Under the pieces are notes generated by a model. That model had not been told where the DNA came from, ran no database searches, and saw nothing but the letters and a program-made list of their open reading frames with translations. Made by a program: the position numbers and the translations under genes. From Lentisphaeria bacterium (GTDB lineage: Bacteria; Verrucomicrobiota; Lentisphaeria; Victivallales; UBA1829): DNA of 26,963 bases. Location: the NCBI GenBank assembly GCA_017623265.1, contig JAGAPM010000108.1:1-26963 (forward strand), given 5' to 3'. Below, piece by piece: positions 1 through 6,938 of the stretch (the stretch's first letter is position 1; the number at the start of each line of letters is the position of its first letter).

Positions 1-1
1 C

Positions 2-139
2 AGCTCGCTTGAACTTGCCGGAATCGGCGACTTCAACGGCGACGGCAAGGCAGATATCCTGTGGCAGGCAGCAGACGGCGGTCTCCACTGGGGCGAAGCT
101 CAAGCCGGCAAGCTGAACAATCTGACCACGATCGCCTGA
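2..139 (+). CDS. C-terminal end (5'-truncated by window) of an FG-GAP/VCBS-repeat secreted protein
   Basis: Hand translation from nt 2: SSLELAGIGDFNGDGKADILWQAADGGLHWGEAQAGKLNNLTTIA*, stop TGA 137-139. GDFNGDGKADILW is a canonical FG-GAP/VCBS Ca-binding repeat. Absent from the ORF track because it has no start in the window. Confidence 0.85.
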   Translation, partial: SSLELAGIGDFNGDGKADILWQAADGGLHWGEAQAGKLNNLTTIA

Positions 140-165
140 TCCAGGTCACAGTTTGATCCATAACT

Positions 166-197
166 CCCGTGTCTCCCCCACCCGGAGGAGGCACGGG
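166..197 (+). terminator. GC-rich hairpin downstream of the FG-GAP gene (possible terminator or mRNA stabiliser)
   Basis: CCCGTGTCT(166-174) pairs with AGGCACGGG(189-197) with one G-U, extendable inward. Only a weak U tract (CGTTTCCGGTGTTT) follows. Confidence 0.4.
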
Positions 198-315
198 CGT
201 TTCCGGTGTTTAAAGGATACAACCTGCCCTTGCATGTGTTTTTCCAACGCCGGACATTCCTGCCGGATCATCCGGGAAGAGTTCGGCAAGCCCCGGCAGC
301 AAATACGCCTGATTC

Positions 316-337
316 AATCAGCAACGGCTGATTTTTT
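316..337 (+). terminator. Rho-independent terminator
   Basis: AATCAGC-aacg-GCTGATT followed by TTTT, directly upstream of the promoter at 361. Confidence 0.6.
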
Positions 338-360
338 GTAAATAAAAAAACGATTCCCGT

Positions 361-388
361 TTGAAAATCACCGTTCCGCATATATATT
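361..388 (+). promoter_or_regulatory. Sigma70-type promoter of the glycan operon
   Basis: TTGAAA(361-366)-N16-TATATT(383-388), 43 nt before ATG 432. The same pattern recurs upstream of icd, ychF and the MATE gene. Confidence 0.55.
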
Positions 389-431
389 TTCAGCGATAAA
401 AAAATGAATACGATCGAGTAAATGTGATTTT

Positions 432-1637
432 ATGAGCGAAAGAATCGACAAGCTGACTTACCGGATCCGTCGCAAGTGGCGCGAACACAAGGAGAAAGAT
501 CCGAGCGGAAAAAGTTTCATCCGATACGTTTTCCGTTTTCTGTTTTACAAGATCCTGTTTTTTCCCCACCGGTTTTACAGCAAAGGCCTTGAGACCTGCA
601 GCCCGGATACGGTGAACATTGCAGTCTATCTCTCCGGCGGTCTCGGAGACTGCGTGGTGGGGATGCGTCTTCTGCAGCAGCTTTCCACACTTTATCCGGC
701 ATGCCGCTTCCATCTGTTCTATAAGACCCCGGCAGTGCTTTCCTGGGTGAGCGAAGCCGTTCCTGCAGTGGAAAGCGTGGAAAGCGCCGAACTTTATGAT
801 TACTTCAGCCGTCGGCTCGCCGATTGCGCCATACGTTTGAACACGTTTGTCAAATTCGATCTCACCCGGATCAATCTGCGCAAGATCAAACGGCTTGCCC
901 CCGGTTTTGCCGAGCGGATCAGTATCTCCCGGCAATGGGAAGGCATGAACCGTGTTTTTATCGATCATCATCCCACACTTGACGGGGCATACGCACGCAA
1001 CGCCGTTGCCCTCGGCTGGCAACGACAGGACGCCTTGAGCCGGCAGTTGGGGTTGCCCCCCTGCGCTCTCACACTCGCCCTGCCCTGCTCCGATACAAAA
1101 CGGGAAGAGGTCGCTGCCCGGTTCAAACGCTATGTCACCGTAAATACGGGCTTTGACCGTTTTTTCATCATGAGTACGGAAACGGCAACGAAATGTTATC
1201 CGGATGCGTATTGGTCCGGGCTGGTCCGTCTGCTCAAGGAAAATATGCCGGATCTGGGCGTGATCCAGGTCGGCAACGGCTGCAGCTACCACATTCCGGA
1301 AGCGGATCTGGATCTTTCGGGCAAGACCAGTCTTGCGGAATGTGCCGGACTTCTGAAGGGGAGTCTGCTGCATATTGATATTGAAGGCGGTCTGGTCCAT
1401 GTTTGTGCCAGCCTCGGCACCCGCTGTGCCGTTCTTTTCGGGCCGACTCCGCCCGCGTATTTCGGTTATCCGGATAACATCAATCTGCGGGACGAAAGCT
1501 GCAGTGAATGTTGGTGGGCAACCGAACGGTGGATGGAATGCTGTCCGAAAAATCATCCGGAGAATGTCTGCATGAAACGGCTGACCCCGGAACGGGTTTT
1601 TGCAGCGGTCCGGGCACATCTGCAGGAGCATCGGTAA
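432..1637 (+). CDS. Glycosyltransferase family 9 (heptosyltransferase-like) protein, 401 aa
   Basis: GGLGDCVV N-terminal motif; DLSGKTSLAECAGLL...HIDIEGGLVHVCASLGTRCAVLFGPT matches the GT9 C-terminal signature; C-terminal CSEC...C...CM Cys cluster typical of GT9. Confidence 0.85.
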   Translation: MSERIDKLTYRIRRKWREHKEKDPSGKSFIRYVFRFLFYKILFFPHRFYSKGLETCSPDTVNIAVYLSGGLGDCVVGMRLLQQLSTLYPACRFHLFYKTPAVLSWVSEAVPAVESVESAELYDYFSRRLADCAIRLNTFVKFDLTRINLRKIKRLAPGFAERISISRQWEGMNRVFIDHHPTLDGAYARNAVALGWQRQDALSRQLGLPPCALTLALPCSDTKREEVAARFKRYVTVNTGFDRFFIMSTETATKCYPDAYWSGLVRLLKENMPDLGVIQVGNGCSYHIPEADLDLSGKTSLAECAGLLKGSLLHIDIEGGLVHVCASLGTRCAVLFGPTPPAYFGYPDNINLRDESCSECWWATERWMECCPKNHPENVCMKRLTPERVFAAVRAHLQEHR

Positions 1638-1641
1638 GCGA

Positions 1642-2406
1642 ATGAAAAACTGGTTCAAAACGCAGGCGCTGTATCGTTCTCTTCTTGGCAAAGAGCTGAA
1701 AGCGAAATACAAAAACACCTTTCTCGGCTACGGCTGGAGCCTTCTGATGCCGCTGCTGCAGAGTGCCGTGTTTTTTGTGGTATTCAGCCTCTTTCTGCGC
1801 TTTCCGATCGAGAATTATTTTCTGTTTCTGACGATCGGGCTTGTGGTCTGGCAATTTTTCTCCAACAGCCTGACTCAAGGAGCGAATGTGCTTGTTGCCA
1901 ATGCAAATCTGATACGGAAGACCCCGGTTCCGCGGGAACTTTTTGTATCGGCAACGGTAGGTGCAGAACTGGTACATCTGCTGGTGACTCTGCCGGTGCT
2001 GCTTGTGTTGAGTCTTCTCTGCGACCGTCATCCGGGCTGGGAAACATTTTATGCGCTTCCTGCGGGGATTTTGAGTCTTGTTCTGTTCAGCCGGGGACTT
2101 GCGGGTATGGTTTCGATCCTGAATGCCTATTTCCGGGATCTGGAACGGATCCTGCAGATCCTTCTTCAGATCTGGTTTTATGTGACCCCGATTTTTTACC
2201 GTGCGGATCAGATTCCGGAAAGATTCCGTTTTCTGTTTCTTTTCAACCCGCTGTACTACCCGGTGGAGCTGTTCCGGTGCTGTTTTTATGAATCGGGACC
2301 GGAATGGAAAAAAGCGATTGCCGGCGTATTGTGCGGGTTGATCGTTTATCTTCTCGGCCGCTGTTTCTTCCGGCGCTTTGAACGGGATCTTGCGGAGGTG
2401 TTGTAA
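1642..2406 (+). CDS. wzm: ABC-2 polysaccharide export permease (Wzm/RfbA-like), 254 aa
   Basis: ELKAKYKNTFLGYGWSLLMPLL, NAYFRDLERILQ, FYVTPIFY and LNP-like (FNPLYY) motifs; about six hydrophobic segments. Start moved from 1600 to ATG 1642 (AGGAG at 1624-1628). Confidence 0.92.
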   Translation: MKNWFKTQALYRSLLGKELKAKYKNTFLGYGWSLLMPLLQSAVFFVVFSLFLRFPIENYFLFLTIGLVVWQFFSNSLTQGANVLVANANLIRKTPVPRELFVSATVGAELVHLLVTLPVLLVLSLLCDRHPGWETFYALPAGILSLVLFSRGLAGMVSILNAYFRDLERILQILLQIWFYVTPIFYRADQIPERFRFLFLFNPLYYPVELFRCCFYESGPEWKKAIAGVLCGLIVYLLGRCFFRRFERDLAEVL

Positions 2407-2407
2407 G

Positions 2408-3163
2408 ATGTCTGAACGAATTGCAGTTCTTCAGGTCAAAAACCTGCGCAAGGAATTCAAACGGGTCCGGTTGGATTACGGATTGAAAGATATCCTTCTT
2501 CACAGCATCAGCCACATCCGTCGCCTGCGTGAGCAGAAAAAGTTTATTGCCCTTGATAACATCAGTTTTGAGCTGTATCCGGGCGAAAGCATGGCGGTTC
2601 TCGGCAGAAACGGAGCGGGGAAAAGCACGCTTCTCTCGCTGCTTGCAGGGATCCTTTATCCGACCTCGGGTGAGATCATTTTGCGTGGCAGGACCGGTCT
2701 GATGCTGGAATTGGGTTCCGGTTTTGCTCACGATTTGAGCGGCAGAGAAAATATCATGCTGAACGGACTTCTTCTGGGAGCCGATCAAAAAGAACTGCAG
2801 CGGCGCATGGATGAGATCATTGATTTTTCAGGGATCGGCGATTTTATTGATGAGCCGCTCCGGACCTATTCGACCGGAATGCAAACACGGCTCGGTTTTG
2901 CCATTGCGGTCCATACCCGGCCGGATCTTCTGCTGATCGATGAAGTTCTTGCTGTAGGCGACAGCGAAGTCCGCCGGAAATGTCTTTCCAAGTTAAGCGA
3001 AATGAAACAGCAGGGGACCGCAGTTCTGCTTGTGACTCATGCGCTTGATGATGCTGAAAAATTCTGCGACCGTGCGATGTACATAGAGAACGGAGAAATC
3101 CGTTTTTCCGGACAGACAGCGGCAGTCATAACTGCGATTAAGGAAAATGCCTGTGAATACTGA
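2408..3163 (+). CDS. wzt: Polysaccharide export ABC ATPase (Wzt/RfbB-like), 251 aa, no C-terminal carbohydrate-binding domain
   Basis: Walker A GRNGAGKST, family signature PLRTYSTGMQTRLGFA, Walker B LLIDEVLAVGD, H-loop VTH. ATG 2408 follows the wzm stop by 1 nt. Confidence 0.92.
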   Translation: MSERIAVLQVKNLRKEFKRVRLDYGLKDILLHSISHIRRLREQKKFIALDNISFELYPGESMAVLGRNGAGKSTLLSLLAGILYPTSGEIILRGRTGLMLELGSGFAHDLSGRENIMLNGLLLGADQKELQRRMDEIIDFSGIGDFIDEPLRTYSTGMQTRLGFAIAVHTRPDLLLIDEVLAVGDSEVRRKCLSKLSEMKQQGTAVLLVTHALDDAEKFCDRAMYIENGEIRFSGQTAAVITAIKENACEY

Positions 3164-4253
3164 ACATAAAAAGACAGCCCTTCTTCACTACTGGCTGCAG
3201 CACATGCGCGGTGGTGAAATGGTGTTTGCCGAATTCTGCAAACGCTTTCCCGGGGCGGAAATTTTTACCCATACAGTGATAAAAGAAAATCTTTCCGATG
3301 CGATCACGGCTCATCCGATCCATGAGTCCCTGATTGCAAAAATGCCTTTCGGCAGAGAGTGCTGCCAGAGTTATCTGCCCCTGATGCCCTTTGCCCTGAA
3401 ACAATGGAATTTTGACGGCTACGATCTGCTCCTGAGCAGCGAATCCGGTCCGATCAAGGGGATCCGCAAACCGTCCGGCTGCCGGCATATCTGTTACTGT
3501 CATACCCCGATGCGGTATCTTTGGGACATGTATGATGAGTACTACGAGTCGGCATCACTGTTTACCCGGCTCGGCATGAGTCTGTTCAAAAAACGACTCC
3601 GGGATTATGACCGTCACTCGGCAGACTCGGTTGATACATTTCTGGCGAACTCACACTTTATTGCTGATCGGATCAAGCGGATCTATCAGCGGGAATCGAC
3701 AGTGCTTTATCCACCGGTGGATGCGGAATATTTCCAATCTGCGCCATCATCGGAGCGCACGCACTTTATCTATGTGGGAGCATTGGTGTGCTATAAACGA
3801 CCGGATCTTGCCGTAAAAGCCTTTGCAAAACATCCGGATCAGAAATTGATCATTGTGGGCAACGGCCCGATGAAACGGGAACTGCATAAACTTGCCACCC
3901 CGAATGTCACATTCATTCACAATGCCGATAAGGAGCAGATCCGTACTCTTTATGCCTCGGCAAAGGCATTGATCTTCCCGGGGATCGAAGACTTCGGGAT
4001 CGTTCCCGTGGAGGCACAGGCGGCGGGTTGTCCGGTTATCGCCATGAACAGGGGCGGGACATTGGAAACAGTGCTTGATCACAGGTCGGGTATTCTGATT
4101 GAAAAACAGGATGTGGAATCCATTCTGAACGGGATCGAAGAACTCTCCGGTCTGCATCTTCCGGAAACGGGAGTACGCGCGCATACGGCTCAATTTACGA
4201 CACAGGAATTTCATAAAAAACTGGATACTGTGCTGAATGACAACAGCCGGTAA
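3147..4253 (+). CDS. Glycosyltransferase family 4 (WbaZ-like putative mannosyltransferase), 368 aa
   Basis: ALLHYWL...GGE N-terminus, YCHTPMRYLWD, GT4 EX7E motif EDFGIVPVE(AQAAG), RGGTLETV. Overlaps wzt by 17 nt. Confidence 0.9.
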   Translation: MPVNTEHKKTALLHYWLQHMRGGEMVFAEFCKRFPGAEIFTHTVIKENLSDAITAHPIHESLIAKMPFGRECCQSYLPLMPFALKQWNFDGYDLLLSSESGPIKGIRKPSGCRHICYCHTPMRYLWDMYDEYYESASLFTRLGMSLFKKRLRDYDRHSADSVDTFLANSHFIADRIKRIYQRESTVLYPPVDAEYFQSAPSSERTHFIYVGALVCYKRPDLAVKAFAKHPDQKLIIVGNGPMKRELHKLATPNVTFIHNADKEQIRTLYASAKALIFPGIEDFGIVPVEAQAAGCPVIAMNRGGTLETVLDHRSGILIEKQDVESILNGIEELSGLHLPETGVRAHTAQFTTQEFHKKLDTVLNDNSR

Positions 4254-4302
4254 CCGCATTGTTTTTCTATTAGTATATTTAAAGATATTTTGCATTCCCC
4301 GT

Positions 4303-4330
4303 TTGACTTTCTGAAAAATCGGGTTAAATT
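4303..4330 (+). promoter_or_regulatory. Putative promoter of the T1SS operon
   Basis: TTGACT(4303-4308)-N16-TAAATT(4325-4330). Preceded by ATTCCCCGT, like ATTCCCGT before the -35 at 361. Confidence 0.45.
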
Positions 4331-4391
4331 TCAAGTGTCTGAATATTATTTGAAACAGACAGAAAATCCCAAAAAGAAGAAAGCGATTTTT

Positions 4392-6935
4392 ATGAGCGAA
4401 ATAAACCTTACGGGGCTGCAATGCTTGAAAGCTGTGTTCTCCCAGGTGCGACGGGGAGTCAATTTTTCTGCACTGCTGACTCAAAAAGTCATGCAGGATT
4501 ATCAGGCGGATGACGTAGCAGTGCTGCTCAAACTCAGTGCCGACCACGGCTTGCGCCCTGAACAGGCGGAAGGACTTGATGTCTTTCAGTCTTACAGCGG
4601 GCCTTTTCTGGCGAAACTTTCTGCAGGGAACTGGGTTCTTGTTGCAAACAGCAAACAGCTGATCAGTTCCGAAACGATCAGTCTTTACGACCCCAAAACC
4701 GGCAAAGAAAGTATGATTTCTGTCCGTGCAGAACAGTTCAAGGAGCTGTTTTCCGGCAAGAGCATCATTTTTCACAATCTGGCACAGATTGATGCAAAAA
4801 AACAGACGCGTCTGACATCTTTCATAGCCATTGCACAACATCACAACACCCGGATCGACATCCGGGAGATCATGCACGAATATGCGGTTGGCGAAGAAGA
4901 GGTCAAAGAACGTCATCTCCGTCACATTGCCGCGGATTATAAATTCAAGAGCAAAGAAGTCAAGCTGGGGTGGAAGAAGCTGGAGAAGGCCGGTACCGTT
5001 CTGCCCTGTATCGCTGTCAAACGCAACGGGAAGTATGCCGTTCTCTGCGGCATGCGTACCAATGACGGCAAACAGGAAGCGGTCCTGATGGATCCGGAAA
5101 AGGACCACTCCGCAGACAACCGGTTCATTTTCCTGACGGAAGAGCAGTACCGAGAAGAGTACACCGGCAAACTGATCCTTCTGAAAAAGATCTTCAGCCT
5201 GACGGATGAAGAACAGCCCTTCTCTCTGCGCTGGTTCATTCCGGAATTTGTCAAGAACAAAGGAATCTTCGGCAAGATAGCCCTGATGGTGCTGATGCTG
5301 ACGATCTTTTCTCTCATCATTCCGCTGTTCTTCCAGATCGTGGTGGATAAGGTTCTGGTGAATCAGGCGTACAATACCCTGAACGTGTTGGGGATCGGGA
5401 TCCTGATCGCCGTTCTGTTCAATACGGTTGTCAGCTTTGCCCGCAGTTACATGCTGCTTTTTGCCGCAAACAAGATCGATATTTCCACGGCGACCAAAAC
5501 ATTCGCCCGTTTGATGAAACTGCCGGTGGATTTCTTTGACCGGGTCCCCTCCGGGGTCCTGCTCAAGCACATGCAGCAGACCGAAAAGATCCGGGGCTTC
5601 CTTTCCGGCAATCTGTTCTTTACCATTCTGGATCTGTGTGCCCTGTGTATTTTTATTCCGTTCCTGCTGTTTTACAGCATACCGCTGACGCTGATCGTGA
5701 TCGGCTTCTCCACATTGATGGCGCTGGTGGTGGCATGTTTGATCAAACCCTTCCAGAAACGTCTGGATGAACTGTATCAGGCGGAAGGGAAACGGCAAAG
5801 TATGCTGGTGGAAACGATCCACGGGATCAAGACTGTGAAATCACTGGCACTGGAACCGGTGGAAAAGAAGATCTGGGATGATTCCACGGCGTATGCCATC
5901 AAATCCCACTTCCGGGTGGGTAAGATCTCCATGACCGCCCAGAGCTTGAGCCAAATGCTGGAAATGATGATGATGATCTGCGTGATCTGGGTCGGAACCC
6001 TTCTGGTCAGTGACGGTGTCATGACCAGTGGCGCCCTCATTGCGTTTCAGATACTCTCCAACCGTGTGACCGGACCTCTGGTAAAACTGGTGGGGCTGAT
6101 CCACGAATACCAGCAGATTGCGCTTTCCGTGCGGATGCTGGGCGTGGTGATGAATGCCCCCATGGAACCGGCAGGCGGCGGAGTGCGCAACCCGATCCGC
6201 GGTCAGATCGACTTTGAAAATGTTTCGTTCCGGTACCGCCAGGATCTGCCGTTTGTGGTCAGAGACTTCAATCTTTCCATCAAGCCCGGCATGACGATCG
6301 GCTTTGTGGGACGGTCCGGATCCGGTAAGACCACGGTCACCAAGCTGCTTCAGGCATTGTACCCGGTAACGCAGGGGTTGGTGAAGATCGACGGAATCGA
6401 TATCCGGGAACTGGATAAGACCCACCTGCGCCGGAACATCGGTGTCGTACTTCAGGAGAACTATTTCTTCAGCGGTACGGTCCGGGAAAATATCAGTCTG
6501 CCGAAACAGAACGCCAGTCTGGAAGAGATCATTTACGCCGCAAAACTTGCCGGTGCAGATGAATTTGTGCAGAAACTGCCCCGGGGTTATGATACCATGC
6601 TGGAAGAAAATGCAGCGAACCTTTCCGGCGGACAGAAACAGCGTCTTGCCATCGCCCGCGCCCTGCTGACCAATCCGCCGATCCTGATTTTTGACGAGGC
6701 GACCAGCGCTCTCGACCCGGAAAGCGAAGAGGTGATCCGGCGGAATCTGAAAGCGATCGCCAGCGGCAGAACCGTATTGATCGTATCCCACCGGTTGAGC
6801 ATTGTGAGCCACGCAGATAAGATCGTGGTAATCGATAAAGGCGAGGAATCCGCCTCCGGCACCCATAAGGAACTGCTGGCAAAAGACGGGATCTACAAAG
6901 AATTCTGGACCCAGCAGATGAGAGGAGAAGACTGA
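4392..6935 (+). CDS. Type I secretion ABC transporter (HlyB/peptidase-domain-containing family), 847 aa, with two tandem C39-like domains
   Basis: FSLRWF...IFSLIIPLFFQIVVDKVL TM entry; Walker A GRSGSGKTT; signature LSGGQKQRLAIARAL; Walker B DEATSALD. The N-terminal ~265 aa are two C39-like folds. Start moved from 4290 to ATG 4392. Confidence 0.92.
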   Translation: MSEINLTGLQCLKAVFSQVRRGVNFSALLTQKVMQDYQADDVAVLLKLSADHGLRPEQAEGLDVFQSYSGPFLAKLSAGNWVLVANSKQLISSETISLYDPKTGKESMISVRAEQFKELFSGKSIIFHNLAQIDAKKQTRLTSFIAIAQHHNTRIDIREIMHEYAVGEEEVKERHLRHIAADYKFKSKEVKLGWKKLEKAGTVLPCIAVKRNGKYAVLCGMRTNDGKQEAVLMDPEKDHSADNRFIFLTEEQYREEYTGKLILLKKIFSLTDEEQPFSLRWFIPEFVKNKGIFGKIALMVLMLTIFSLIIPLFFQIVVDKVLVNQAYNTLNVLGIGILIAVLFNTVVSFARSYMLLFAANKIDISTATKTFARLMKLPVDFFDRVPSGVLLKHMQQTEKIRGFLSGNLFFTILDLCALCIFIPFLLFYSIPLTLIVIGFSTLMALVVACLIKPFQKRLDELYQAEGKRQSMLVETIHGIKTVKSLALEPVEKKIWDDSTAYAIKSHFRVGKISMTAQSLSQMLEMMMMICVIWVGTLLVSDGVMTSGALIAFQILSNRVTGPLVKLVGLIHEYQQIALSVRMLGVVMNAPMEPAGGGVRNPIRGQIDFENVSFRYRQDLPFVVRDFNLSIKPGMTIGFVGRSGSGKTTVTKLLQALYPVTQGLVKIDGIDIRELDKTHLRRNIGVVLQENYFFSGTVRENISLPKQNASLEEIIYAAKLAGADEFVQKLPRGYDTMLEENAANLSGGQKQRLAIARALLTNPPILIFDEATSALDPESEEVIRRNLKAIASGRTVLIVSHRLSIVSHADKIVVIDKGEESASGTHKELLAKDGIYKEFWTQQMRGED

Positions 6936-6938
6936 TAT

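Noticed and set aside
200-340. Possible riboswitch or SRP RNA
   Set aside because: No match by eye to cobalamin, c-di-GMP-I/II, c-di-AMP or SRP helix-8 consensus; kept only as a generic structured region.
153-341. 62-aa ORF in the first intergenic region
   Set aside because: TTG start, no SD, no motif, and it runs through hairpins and a terminator.
4290-4391. Longer N-terminus of the T1SS ATPase from TTG 4290 (also the extended starts at 1600, 2378, 10507, 10526, 21119, 21207)
   Set aside because: These extensions run through promoters or neighbouring genes; downstream ATGs fit family N-termini, and in most cases SD sites, better.
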